From positions 454,032 through 518,031 of the forward strand of contig JAQTSV010000001.1 in assembly GCA_028711115.1 (NCBI GenBank): 64,000 bases of DNA. The letters are read 5' to 3'. Made by a program: the position numbers and the translations under genes. Each line of letters starts with the position of its first letter. Positions within the stretch are counted from its first letter, which is position 1. Below the pieces are notes generated by a model. It saw only the letters and a program-made list of their open reading frames with translations. It made no database searches and was not told where the DNA came from. The stretch comes from Candidatus Omnitrophota bacterium. Lineage in GTDB: Bacteria; Omnitrophota; Gorgyraeia; Velamenicoccales; JABMQK01. This document shows, in pieces, positions 1 to 9,010 of this stretch.

Positions 1-76
1 TGCATTTGTTACAGAAAAGGGATTAATCAAGCCGCCATACAAAATTAATATAAGAAAGATTATTCATGCTCAGTAA
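1..76 (+). CDS. 3' end of an upstream gene; the tail resembles eIF-2B/MtnA (methylthioribose-1-phosphate isomerase) family C-termini
   Basis: Frame 2 reads AFVTEKGLIKPPYKINIRKIIHAQ* with TAA at 74-76, overlapping the thiL start by 11 nt. The xTEKGxI..P pattern is typical of MtnA tails. Only 24 residues are visible. Confidence 0.35.
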   Translation, partial: AFVTEKGLIKPPYKINIRKIIHAQ

Positions 77-989
77 TTTCTATAATAAATTCAGCGAATT
101 AGGGCTGATAGATTATTTCGGGAAGACTCTAAATATAAAAAAGCCGGAGATATTAAAAGGTATCGGCGATGATGCCGCCGTGGTTAAAATAAGCAAAAAT
201 AAATATCTGTTGAACACCTGCGATATGCTCATCGAGGGAAAACATTTCAGGAAAACAGACGATCTTTGCCGCGTAGGCTATAAAGCCATAGCCTGTTCTT
301 TGAGCGATATTGCGGCCATGGGCGGTAAACCCAGGTTTTCATTGATATCTTTGGGAATACCGGAAAGTTTTGGTTTCACAGACATAAAATCCCTTTCCAG
401 GGGGATAAAAAAAGCCTGCGATAAATTTTCTGTCAGCGTTATCGGAGGAGATACTAATTCTTCGCATAAATTAATTATAGATGTATCCATAATCGGATTC
501 GTCCATCCGCGGAATCTGGTTTTAAGAAACAATGCCAAGCCAGGCGATTATATTTTCGTGACAGGCAGCCTGGGAGGCTCTATTTACAGAAGGCATTTGG
601 AGTTTTTGCCACGGGTAAAAGAATCACAGTTTCTGACAAATAAATTCAAATTGCATTCGATGATTGATATTTCCGACGGATTGGTTATAGATTTGTGGAG
701 AATTCTAAAGGCGAGCGGCGTAGGGGCAGTAATCTTTGAAAACCTGATTCCCATACATAAAGACGCCAAAGGCCTAAAACAGGCTTTATATATGGGCGAG
801 GATTTTGAGCTGCTTTTTACTGTTTCTGAAAAAGAAGGCAGGAGATTGCTTGATATAATTCGTCAAGGGAAGATAAAATTTCCTTTGAGTTTTATCGGAA
901 AGGTAATTCATAAAAAATCACAGATACAGCTAATTGATAAAAACAGAAAACCAAAAATGCTTAAACCGAAAGGTTTTTTACACTTTTAA
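66..989 (+). CDS. thiL: thiamine-monophosphate kinase
   Basis: 307-aa ORF with an AIR-synthase-like N-terminus (GIGDDAAVV, CDMLIEGKHF, SDIAAMGG, VIGGDT), characteristic of ThiL. Confidence 0.85.
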   Translation: MLSNFYNKFSELGLIDYFGKTLNIKKPEILKGIGDDAAVVKISKNKYLLNTCDMLIEGKHFRKTDDLCRVGYKAIACSLSDIAAMGGKPRFSLISLGIPESFGFTDIKSLSRGIKKACDKFSVSVIGGDTNSSHKLIIDVSIIGFVHPRNLVLRNNAKPGDYIFVTGSLGGSIYRRHLEFLPRVKESQFLTNKFKLHSMIDISDGLVIDLWRILKASGVGAVIFENLIPIHKDAKGLKQALYMGEDFELLFTVSEKEGRRLLDIIRQGKIKFPLSFIGKVIHKKSQIQLIDKNRKPKMLKPKGFLHF

Positions 990-992
990 TCT

Positions 993-1499
993 ATGAGGAA
1001 ACTGTCTTTTTATTCTCATTCCAGCGATGAGACAATTGACTTTGCAAAGAATATTTCAAGTTTTCTAAAACAGGGCGATGTAGTCGGGCTTTTCGGCGAG
1101 CTGGGTTCGGGCAAGACTACTTTTGTAAAAGGACTGGCAAAAGGTTTAGGCCTGAAGGCCAAAATAAACAGCCCCAGTTTTGTGATTTTAAAGATTTATA
1201 CATTCATAAAAAACAGGAGTTTACAAAAGAAAATAATTCCGCTTTTTCATTTCGATTTATACAGACTAAATTCCCTGAAAGAACTGGAGAGTATCGGTTA
1301 TGAGGATTTTATTTATGATACCGGTGTCTGTGTAATCGAATGGGCGGACAGAGCGAATAGCTTGCTGCCCAAGGATTATTTAAAAATCAGGATACAAATC
1401 AAAGGAAAAGATAGCCGCTCGATAATTCTGGCAGGATACGGTTTAAGATATGGAAGTTTAGTTAACAGAATAAAACGTTGTTGCAAGAGGATTAAATAA
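993..1499 (+). CDS. tsaE: tRNA t6A37 biosynthesis ATPase TsaE
   Basis: 168 aa with P-loop GELGSGKTTFVKGLAKGLG and the HFDLYRL / IEW motifs of YjeE/TsaE. Confidence 0.85.
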   Translation: MRKLSFYSHSSDETIDFAKNISSFLKQGDVVGLFGELGSGKTTFVKGLAKGLGLKAKINSPSFVILKIYTFIKNRSLQKKIIPLFHFDLYRLNSLKELESIGYEDFIYDTGVCVIEWADRANSLLPKDYLKIRIQIKGKDSRSIILAGYGLRYGSLVNRIKRCCKRIK

Positions 1500-2002
1500 T
1501 GGATTACCTTAAGACGATTTATTTAATAATTTTCATAGTATTTATATCGCTCATAGGTTATTTCTGGTTATACCGCATTAAAAAAACAGTTGATGGTTAT
1601 TTGGATATATTATGCGAGTTTATCAATTGTAAGCCGATGAGCAAACGCGGCATCTTGCCAATATATTCAAAACACGAGATAGCTGGCACATATAATAACA
1701 GGCAGGTAATCGCAGGCGTCCAATACGTCGGCTTGGGATTTGAGTGGATGCCTCTGCCGTATATAAAAATAAAATTAAGAGATGTGATACGTTATAACTA
1801 CGACAGAATCCCGAATTTCGCTTTTATTAAAAATGGCTGGCTGGTGCTTAAGATTAAAGAGCGCCTGGTTTGGGGGGTATTTGATAAAAATTATAGCCGT
1901 TTCTTCACCAAGGACTTTATTATAATTACTTTAACCAGGTTATTAGCCGTGGCGGACGATGCAGAAAGAGGAAAGACTTTAGAGGAAATATTTAAACAAT
2001 GA
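1499..2002 (+). CDS. hypothetical membrane-anchored protein (one N-terminal TM helix), no recognisable domain
   Basis: 167-aa ORF. Its start overlaps the tsaE stop by 1 nt (TAATG) and its end overlaps the tsaB start by ATGA. N-terminal hydrophobic segment IYLIIFIVFISLIGYFWLY. Confidence 0.5.
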   Translation: MDYLKTIYLIIFIVFISLIGYFWLYRIKKTVDGYLDILCEFINCKPMSKRGILPIYSKHEIAGTYNNRQVIAGVQYVGLGFEWMPLPYIKIKLRDVIRYNYDRIPNFAFIKNGWLVLKIKERLVWGVFDKNYSRFFTKDFIIITLTRLLAVADDAERGKTLEEIFKQ

Positions 2003-2691
2003 AAATATTATCTATTGATACGACAAACAGGGACATTAACATAGCGTTATCTTATAACGGAAAAGTTTTTAGCATAGAAAAAGGTGTGCAGACAAATGAT
2101 TATGAAAGTATTGTTTCTCTGATCAGGACAATACTAAAAAAATCCAAACTGAATATAAAACAGATAGATTATTTCGGCGTCTGCACCGGTCCCGGATCTT
2201 TTACGGGTATACGCATAGGCCTTAGCGCAGTGAAGGCATTGGCTTATTCTATGAAAAAGCCGCTTATAGGTTATAATAGCTTGGATTTAATTGCTGAGAC
2301 TGTCAAGGGGGAATTTTCGGGAATATTATGCGTAATGCAGGATGCCCGCCGTAACAATATATATAGCGCAGTCTATAATAATTGCAGAGGCTTTTCCAGG
2401 ATTACTCCTTATTTATTAGGAGATGTTATTCAGTTGTTAAAAAGATTGCGTGAATTAAATAAGAAGAATTCAAATGTATATTTTTACGGAGATATGATTT
2501 TGCATTATAAAGATGATATCAGAAAATATTTCCCTCATTCCACAATGCTGCCACCCAAAGACGGAAATAGTAAAAGCCAGGCGATGATTTCATTAATCAG
2601 TGACAATTTGAAACAAAAATGCAATTCTTTTAGGTTATTGCCGTTTTATATGTATCCCAAGGATTGCCAGGTAGGAAAAATTAAAAAATAA
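1999..2691 (+). CDS. tsaB: tRNA t6A37 biosynthesis protein TsaB (YeaZ)
   Basis: ILSIDTT N-terminus and the GPGSFTGIRIG motif; 230 aa. Confidence 0.85.
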   Translation: MKILSIDTTNRDINIALSYNGKVFSIEKGVQTNDYESIVSLIRTILKKSKLNIKQIDYFGVCTGPGSFTGIRIGLSAVKALAYSMKKPLIGYNSLDLIAETVKGEFSGILCVMQDARRNNIYSAVYNNCRGFSRITPYLLGDVIQLLKRLRELNKKNSNVYFYGDMILHYKDDIRKYFPHSTMLPPKDGNSKSQAMISLISDNLKQKCNSFRLLPFYMYPKDCQVGKIKK

Positions 2692-3822
2692 ATGAAGAAT
2701 AAACTAGACAAATTATATCGCCCCACCCATGTGGAGATAAATCTTTCCAATATAGAGTATAATTTTAATCAGGTAAAAAGACTGGTGGGGAGCAAAACAA
2801 AAATTTTGGCAGTGTTAAAAGCCGACGCATATGGCCACGGGGCAGTCAAGGTCGCTCAGAGATTGCAAAGTTGCGGCGTAGAAAGCATTGGCGTGGCTAC
2901 CATACCGGAGGCAATTGAATTAAGAAATAATAAGATAAACGCATCAATTTTATTGCTAACAGTTTCATTCCCCCATGAATTTAGCGCTTTAATCAAATAT
3001 AGGATTACACCTACAATTGCAGATATAGATACTGCAATTCTGCTTAATAAAAAATTAAGACAATTGGGTAAAAAGTTACCGGTTCACATAAAGATAGATA
3101 CCGGCATGGGCAGAATCGGTGTTTGGCATAAAGATTCAATGGGATTTATAAAGTCACTCTCTAAATTGAAAAATTTAGTTCTCGAGGGTATCTATACCCA
3201 TTTTTCCAGCGCTGACGAGGATGATGTATTTACCAATTTGCAGATAGCATCTTTTGAAAAATTAGTAGACGATTTAGAAAAAGCGGGAATTTTTATTCCC
3301 TTAAGGCATGCAGCCAATAGCATAGCGGTTATCCGGCATAAACACTCTTACTTGAATTTGGTAAGACCGGGGCTTATGATTTATGGTTTGTATTCGGATA
3401 TCAAATCAAAGAAATTTATAAAATTAAAACCAGTTTTAAGCTTTAAAACCAAGGTTACATATTTGAAAGATGTTCCCGCCGGCCGTTCGATTAGCTACGG
3501 TAGGACATTTGTTACTCAGAAAGACACAAAGATTGCAACGCTGCCTGTGGGTTATGCAGACGGTTATAATCGTCTGCTGTCTAATAGGTCAGAGGTGTTG
3601 GTTAAAGGCAGGCGTTGTCCGGTGGTGGGCCGGATATGCATGGATCATACCATGGCAGATGTAAGCAAGGCCGATGCCCGGACAGGCGATGAGGTAATAT
3701 TAATTGGCAGGCAAGGCAAATTAGAGATCAGCGCAGAAGAGATTGCACATCTATGTTCAACGATTTCTTATGAGGTGGTATGCTGGATATCCAAGAGAGT
3801 GCCTAGAATTTACGTTGGTTAA
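2692..3822 (+). CDS. alr: alanine racemase
   Basis: PLP-lysine motif VLKADAYGHGA, C-terminal PVVGRICMD; 376 aa. Confidence 0.9.
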   Translation: MKNKLDKLYRPTHVEINLSNIEYNFNQVKRLVGSKTKILAVLKADAYGHGAVKVAQRLQSCGVESIGVATIPEAIELRNNKINASILLLTVSFPHEFSALIKYRITPTIADIDTAILLNKKLRQLGKKLPVHIKIDTGMGRIGVWHKDSMGFIKSLSKLKNLVLEGIYTHFSSADEDDVFTNLQIASFEKLVDDLEKAGIFIPLRHAANSIAVIRHKHSYLNLVRPGLMIYGLYSDIKSKKFIKLKPVLSFKTKVTYLKDVPAGRSISYGRTFVTQKDTKIATLPVGYADGYNRLLSNRSEVLVKGRRCPVVGRICMDHTMADVSKADARTGDEVILIGRQGKLEISAEEIAHLCSTISYEVVCWISKRVPRIYVG

Positions 3823-3835
3823 GAGGATATATAAA

Positions 3836-4921
3836 TTAGTTTTGAATAGAGATGAGGAATACAGAGGCAGATATAAAAATCAGAGGCGTAATCAAAACAG
3901 AGGCCAGGGGAGGAAATACGCTATTTTTACCCAAGGCTATACTTACTGCTTGCATAACGTAATATGACAGGGCTACTAAAATACTTATTCCGATAGAAGA
4001 AAATCCCACCGCTTTTCTGCGAATAGCTATAGAACAGGGCAGTCCGATGAACAACATAATCAAACAGGTGAAGTGCGCGGATACTTTTTGATAGAAGTCT
4101 ATCCATAGGTACCTGAGGGCTGTTTCTGCTCCGCTCCCCGATAATTTGTCTATATAATCAAAGAGTTCCTTAGAGTTCATATAGTTTATTTTCTGCCTTT
4201 GCCTTAAGAAATCCTCAGGCGTCTCCATGATATTAAGTTTATAATTTTCAAAATATTGTGAATTTGTCACATGATTGGATTTGTCAAAGTTATAAAGTAA
4301 ATATTGGTCAGCGACCCAAGAGTTGTTTCTCCAGGCAACCTTATTGGCGAATACCTTGGAGATCATATTTTGTCTTCTGTCATGTTCCAGGATTGTCAGA
4401 CCTTCCAGCTGGTTGGTTTTTGTATTAAAAGTGTTTATAAATAACTGCCTGTTTTGGAATCCGTAGATAGCCAGATTTTTTATTACGTCTTCAGAAAAAG
4501 GTTTCTTATCGATATATTTTGCTTTTATGCTGTCGGCTAACATCTGTGTTCTTGGTATAATTTTTTCTGATACTAAAAATGAAAAAAGGCTGAGCGTTAC
4601 ACCGATGATAAATATGGGCAATACAATTTCATAAATGCTGAGTCCGCCGCTTCGCATAGCGATTAATTCATTATTGTAATTTAGTTTGCCAATGGTGTAT
4701 ATCATCGCTATCAAGCAGGCGATAGGCGATATCTGGATAAATATCGTCGGTACAATTGCCAGATAGTATTTTAAGACTATTGCTATGGACAGTTTTTCTT
4801 TGATGAAATCATCAAGATTGGTAAAGCTGTCTACGATGATAATAAGGAATAAGAATATGAGGATGCATAAGATAAAACAAGAAACAAATTCCTTGATTAT
4901 ATGTCTATCTAGAATGCGCAT
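3836..4921 (-). CDS. lptG: LPS export ABC permease, YjgP/YjgQ family (second gene of the pair, LptG by order)
   Basis: N-terminus MRILDRHIIKEF, 6-TM profile with a large periplasmic loop; overlaps the upstream paralog by 13 nt. Confidence 0.7.
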   Translation of the reverse strand: MRILDRHIIKEFVSCFILCILIFLFLIIIVDSFTNLDDFIKEKLSIAIVLKYYLAIVPTIFIQISPIACLIAMIYTIGKLNYNNELIAMRSGGLSIYEIVLPIFIIGVTLSLFSFLVSEKIIPRTQMLADSIKAKYIDKKPFSEDVIKNLAIYGFQNRQLFINTFNTKTNQLEGLTILEHDRRQNMISKVFANKVAWRNNSWVADQYLLYNFDKSNHVTNSQYFENYKLNIMETPEDFLRQRQKINYMNSKELFDYIDKLSGSGAETALRYLWIDFYQKVSAHFTCLIMLFIGLPCSIAIRRKAVGFSSIGISILVALSYYVMQAVSIALGKNSVFPPLASVLITPLIFISASVFLISIQN

Positions 4922-6006
4922 AGTTTTCTTGAAAGGTATATACCGATTGATCCGAAGATTATATTAGGTATCCACATCCCCGAAGAAGGGGCGAGGTTTC
5001 CTTCCTTGCTTAGTGCCTCTACGAAAAGAGTCAGAATAAAATATAACCCAACAATTAAAAAGGCCAATGCTATATTTGCCGCCTTTTCCCTGCGGCGGGT
5101 AATTATTCCTAAAGGCACGCCCAATAAGAAGAATACGATACTGGAAAATGATATGGCAATTTTCTTATGTAATTCTGTAGCGATTGGGCCGTCGTAGATC
5201 TTTAGTTTCCTCAATTTATGTATTTCCGACCATAATTCTCTCATGGTCATATCTTTTGGTTTTTTGTTTATAGGTGCGTTTGTTTTATTCTTGGCGAAAT
5301 CCAGTGTCATAAAATAGGTATGAAAGTTGATTTTATACAAATTATTTGGATCGGCAGGGTTTATTTCATCAGATGTCCCGTCAATAAGTTTCAGTTTCAA
5401 TATATTTTGGTCAGGCACAGTGATAAATTCTCCGCGTTTCGCGATTATTGTGCGCGGAGGCTTATCTTCTCCCTGTGGTTCATAGATTCGAATATTCCTG
5501 AATTTATTGCCATTTATTTCGTATACAAAAATAATGTATTTTTCAAAGGTATTGATAAAGATGCCGGGTTCTAACGCAGCCGCAGGATTTTTCGAGCCTA
5601 TTTCCTGCATGAGCTGGCGTGTTTTAAAATGCGATTGCGGCGTTATGCGGTCATGCAAGAGAATAGAAAACAAGGTAAATATCAGGCCCAATACCAGGAA
5701 AGGCAGGATTACCTTAAGGGTGCTCATGCCGCTTGAGCGGATGCTGATAATTTCGTTATCCGAAGAGAGTCTGCCTAAGGACAGAAGCAGTCCGGCCATA
5801 ATTGCAATCGGTAGTATGAATTGTATAGAATAAGGCAGCGAATATAAAAACAGCTGCAGGATTATTAATACGGAAACTCCTTTTGAGACAACCAGGCCTA
5901 TGAGATAGATAATATTACCCAGCACCATGACAAAAGTCAATACAGATAATGCCAGTATAAATGCCGAGAAGAATTCTTTTAATAAATAACTGTGTATGAT
6001 TCTCAT
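4909..6006 (-). CDS. lptF: LPS export ABC permease, YjgP/YjgQ family (first gene of the pair, LptF by order)
   Basis: N-terminus MRIIHSYLLKEF, same architecture as its neighbour. The F versus G assignment rests on gene order only. Confidence 0.7.
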   Translation of the reverse strand: MRIIHSYLLKEFFSAFILALSVLTFVMVLGNIIYLIGLVVSKGVSVLIILQLFLYSLPYSIQFILPIAIMAGLLLSLGRLSSDNEIISIRSSGMSTLKVILPFLVLGLIFTLFSILLHDRITPQSHFKTRQLMQEIGSKNPAAALEPGIFINTFEKYIIFVYEINGNKFRNIRIYEPQGEDKPPRTIIAKRGEFITVPDQNILKLKLIDGTSDEINPADPNNLYKINFHTYFMTLDFAKNKTNAPINKKPKDMTMRELWSEIHKLRKLKIYDGPIATELHKKIAISFSSIVFFLLGVPLGIITRRREKAANIALAFLIVGLYFILTLFVEALSKEGNLAPSSGMWIPNIIFGSIGIYLSRKLCAF

Positions 6007-6010
6007 AATT

Positions 6011-6736
6011 TTAACTCGCCAGTGTCAACGCGGAGATTTTGCATGGATTCAATTCTTTAAGTGCGCCTGCTGCTTCTGAAAGGGTTATGCCCGTAGTCAG
6101 CACATCGTCGACCAACAAGATTGATTTTGATTGAATTTTTATACCGTCCTTAACCGCAAAACAGCCGGATATATTATTTATCCTGGATTTTTCGTCCAAG
6201 TCAATTTGAGATTTGGTGTTGCGGATGCGCACCAGGATATCTTCGGCCACGGGTTTTTTTATTATTTCACTTATCATACAGGCTAAAATCTGTGATTGGT
6301 TATATTCCCTTTCCCTTAGTCTTACCGGATGCAAAGGGACAGGTATTACCAGATCAACATCTCTTAGTATATTAAAGGTGGCGATAAATTCTTCGAATAA
6401 ATTCTTAAAGATTGTTTTGTATTGTATTTTTTGGTTATATTTAAATCTGTGGATAAGCTCTTTTATCAATCCTTCATAATTACATACGGACCAGGCGCGG
6501 TGGAAATTATACTGTCTGTTTAGACATGTAGGGCAGATACCGCTTTGTATGTTTTTTATTTCTATCAGAGCCCTCCCGCATTTTAAGCAAAAAGGAGGTG
6601 TATGTCTTTTTATATTGGAATAACAATCATTGCATATATAACCTTTGCTTTCTCCATTATTGTTCGGCCTGTTGCAACCTATACAGAGAAGAGGGTATAT
6701 TAGATTGATAATTGATTCAATAATGGCTTTTGGCAT
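6011..6736 (-). CDS. comF: ComF-family phosphoribosyltransferase-fold protein
   Basis: N-terminal paired CxxC zinc-finger motifs (CIGC, CNDC, CLKC, CPTC) and the PRTase motif ILLVDDVLTTGITL. Confidence 0.8.
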   Translation of the reverse strand: MPKAIIESIINLIYPLLCIGCNRPNNNGESKGYICNDCYSNIKRHTPPFCLKCGRALIEIKNIQSGICPTCLNRQYNFHRAWSVCNYEGLIKELIHRFKYNQKIQYKTIFKNLFEEFIATFNILRDVDLVIPVPLHPVRLREREYNQSQILACMISEIIKKPVAEDILVRIRNTKSQIDLDEKSRINNISGCFAVKDGIKIQSKSILLVDDVLTTGITLSEAAGALKELNPCKISALTLAS

Positions 6737-6797
6737 GGAATAATATTAACATTAAGTCCAGACTTTGTCAATTTGTTCGGGGGTTTTATCAAATCAA

Positions 6798-6826
6798 TTG
6801 ACACCCCCAGAGTTTATTAGTAGAAT
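6798..6826 (+). promoter_or_regulatory. sigma70-like promoter upstream of pyrE
   Basis: TTGACA (6798-6803), 17-nt spacer, TAGAAT (6821-6826). This would leave only a very short leader before the ATG at 6839. Confidence 0.4.
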
Positions 6827-6838
6827 AACCCTGTTAAA

Positions 6839-7399
6839 ATGAGAAAGATAAATAAAGCAAGAGAAGAGTTGTTTAAGCTTATAAAGTCGCAGGCCTATAG
6901 CGAAGGCAGATTTGTTCTTTCCAGCGGAAAGATAAGCAGCTATTATATTGACTGCAGAAAGGTAACCCTGACTTCCCGAGGTGCATATTTGGCCGCGCTT
7001 GTTATTTTAGACATCATAAAAAATAAGAAGATCGACGCTGTGGGTGGGCCTACAATCGGGGCAGACCCTATTGTAGGGGCGGTTTCGGTGTTGAGTTTAG
7101 TCAAGCATAATAAGCCGATTAAGGCATTTTTGGTGCGTAAATCCGCCAAATCCTATGGCGCAAAGCGACAAATTGAAGGCCCACGGCTTACCAAAGGCTG
7201 CCGTGTTGTTGTGGTGGATGATGTGGCTACAACCGGCGGTTCGCTGATTGAAACGCTGGCATGCCTGCGCAAACAAGGCATAAAAACAGAAATGGTTGTT
7301 GTTCTTGTGGATAGGAATGAAGGAGCCAAACAGGCGCTTAAAAAAGCAAAGTGTAAATTTGTGCCTATTTTTAATATAAAAGATTTTAGAAATAATTAG
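6839..7399 (+). CDS. pyrE: orotate phosphoribosyltransferase
   Basis: 186 aa with PRPP-binding motif VVVVDDVATTGGS and FVLSSGKISSYYID near the N-terminus. Confidence 0.85.
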   Translation: MRKINKAREELFKLIKSQAYSEGRFVLSSGKISSYYIDCRKVTLTSRGAYLAALVILDIIKNKKIDAVGGPTIGADPIVGAVSVLSLVKHNKPIKAFLVRKSAKSYGAKRQIEGPRLTKGCRVVVVDDVATTGGSLIETLACLRKQGIKTEMVVVLVDRNEGAKQALKKAKCKFVPIFNIKDFRNN

Positions 7400-7507
7400 C
7401 TGATTCTTTTGGAATTTTAACCTTGCCATCCCGCTACAGTAATTATTCATATAAGATAAAATTTTCCATAGATTTAAAGTCGGCAAGAAAATTATTCAGA
7501 TAACCAG

Positions 7508-8848
7508 ATGGAAATTATATTAGCCTCTAAATCCAGGGCACGCCGGGAAATTTTAGAGAATTGTGGTTTTAAGGTAAAAGTTGTTGCCTCGGACGTAAGA
7601 GAATCTAAAGGGTTAAACAGGTCTTTTAGCCACACAGTAAAGGTAAATGCCTTAAGAAAGTTAAAAGACGTGTCCAAAAAAGTAAAGACTGGCGTAATAG
7701 TCAGTGCTGATACTTTGGTCTTTCGTAAAAATTTTGTTTTCGGCAAACCCAGGGATTTAAAAGATGCCAAGCGGATATTGAAAAAGTTGAGCCGCAGGCC
7801 GCACTGGGTTTACACGGGAATTGCAGTCTTGGATAAAGGCAAGAATAAATTACTCCTGGATTATGAGAAGACCAGGGTGTATATGCACAATTTATCGGAC
7901 AAGGAAATAAAACAGTATTTTTCCCGGAATAATCCTTTGGGTTTTGCCGGGGCTTTTGATATACAGGGCCAGGGAGGATTATATATCAGGCGCATAGAAG
8001 GCTGTTTCTATAATGTCGTCGGTCTGCCATTGGCAAAATTATATTATATGTTAAGAAAAATAGGCTTATTGATATTTTTATTTATTTTTAGTATAAATAT
8101 ATTTGGCTGCACTGAATTCAATCCTGTTACGCAAAAGCAGGAGATGATTCTTTATAGCACGGACAGAGAAGTAAATATCGGCAAGAATATTTCGCAGCAG
8201 GTAGAGAAGGATTATGAGTTGGTAAAAGATCCTTTGGTTATTGAGAGAGTAAATAGAATTGCGGATAAAATTACCGCCGTCTCTGACAGGAAAGATATTG
8301 CTTATCATGTTGCACTGCTTAAGGCAAAAGATGAAGAAAAAGAAATCGGTGCCGACGTCAATGCGTTTGCCCTGCCCGGCGGATATATCTACGTATATGA
8401 CGGTCTTATTAATTTTGTTGATAATGATGACGAGCTTGCCTCTGTTATCGCTCACGAAGTTGGCCATATTGTAGCAAAACACAGCATTAAGAAACTGCAG
8501 GCATTAATGGGCTATACATTAATGAATCTTGCTGCCATGGGAATAGGCGACGCGAATTTAGCTGGCGGAGCCAACTACGCATTTATAAATATTCTCCTGG
8601 GTTATTCCAGGGAAGATGAGTTACTGGCAGATACCTTAGGTGTCCGTTATGCAAAATTGGCAGGTTATAATCCCAGGGCAATGATTGATTTTTTAGAAAA
8701 ACTCCGTAAAAAAACCAAAGATGAGCCGATAAAGCCCAAGTCAGAATATCGCACTCATCCTTATATCGCGGATAGGATAGTAACGGTAAAAAAGGAATTA
8801 GGCGAACCTTTAACTTTTAGCGATTACGTAAATACTGTCAACGAATAA
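7508..8848 (+). CDS. maf: Maf-like nucleotide pyrophosphatase (aa 1 to about 185) reading without a stop into an M48 zinc-metalloprotease lipoprotein module
   Basis: N-terminal ILASKSRARREIL, SADT and GAFDIQG motifs (Maf). C-terminal HEVGHIVAKH (HExxH) within an M48-like context. One uninterrupted 446-codon frame. Confidence 0.75.
   Translation: MEIILASKSRARREILENCGFKVKVVASDVRESKGLNRSFSHTVKVNALRKLKDVSKKVKTGVIVSADTLVFRKNFVFGKPRDLKDAKRILKKLSRRPHWVYTGIAVLDKGKNKLLLDYEKTRVYMHNLSDKEIKQYFSRNNPLGFAGAFDIQGQGGLYIRRIEGCFYNVVGLPLAKLYYMLRKIGLLIFLFIFSINIFGCTEFNPVTQKQEMILYSTDREVNIGKNISQQVEKDYELVKDPLVIERVNRIADKITAVSDRKDIAYHVALLKAKDEEKEIGADVNAFALPGGYIYVYDGLINFVDNDDELASVIAHEVGHIVAKHSIKKLQALMGYTLMNLAAMGIGDANLAGGANYAFINILLGYSREDELLADTLGVRYAKLAGYNPRAMIDFLEKLRKKTKDEPIKPKSEYRTHPYIADRIVTVKKELGEPLTFSDYVNTVNE
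8048..8848 (+). CDS. alternative product: M48-family metalloprotease lipoprotein from an internal in-frame ATG
   Basis: The ATG at 8048 opens MLRKIGLLIFLFIFSINIFGC, a textbook lipoprotein signal peptide with a lipobox Cys, followed by the HExxH protease domain. No obvious SD lies upstream. Confidence 0.45.
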   Translation: MLRKIGLLIFLFIFSINIFGCTEFNPVTQKQEMILYSTDREVNIGKNISQQVEKDYELVKDPLVIERVNRIADKITAVSDRKDIAYHVALLKAKDEEKEIGADVNAFALPGGYIYVYDGLINFVDNDDELASVIAHEVGHIVAKHSIKKLQALMGYTLMNLAAMGIGDANLAGGANYAFINILLGYSREDELLADTLGVRYAKLAGYNPRAMIDFLEKLRKKTKDEPIKPKSEYRTHPYIADRIVTVKKELGEPLTFSDYVNTVNE

Positions 8849-8877
8849 AAGAGAGACTTAAGAAAAACAAACTTTAT

Positions 8878-8961
8878 GCCGAAGTGGCGGAACTGGCATA
8901 CGCGCTGCGTTCAGAGCGCAGTTCCTTTCGGGGATTGAGAGTTCAAATCTCTCCTTCGGCA
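8878..8961 (+). tRNA. tRNA-Leu (anticodon CAG), class II with long variable arm
   Basis: Acceptor GCCGAAG/CTTCGGC. Anticodon stem CTGCG/CGCAG with loop TTCAGAG. Long variable arm, T-arm GAGAGTTCAAATCTCTC. CCA is not encoded. Confidence 0.9.
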
Positions 8962-9010
8962 TATTAGTTTATCCCGACGATAAAACAGGGTTCATTGAAG
9001 GAGCTTTTGT

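Noticed and set aside
7097-7486. 129-aa minus-strand ORF.
   Set aside because: It is mostly antisense to the well-supported pyrE gene and has no motifs or SD. I reached the same verdict for the other long antisense ORFs: 33089-33481, 33502-33972, 39322-39813, 8078-8482, 40255-40611, 43690-44052, 44705-45007, 45546-45878 and 61838-62287.
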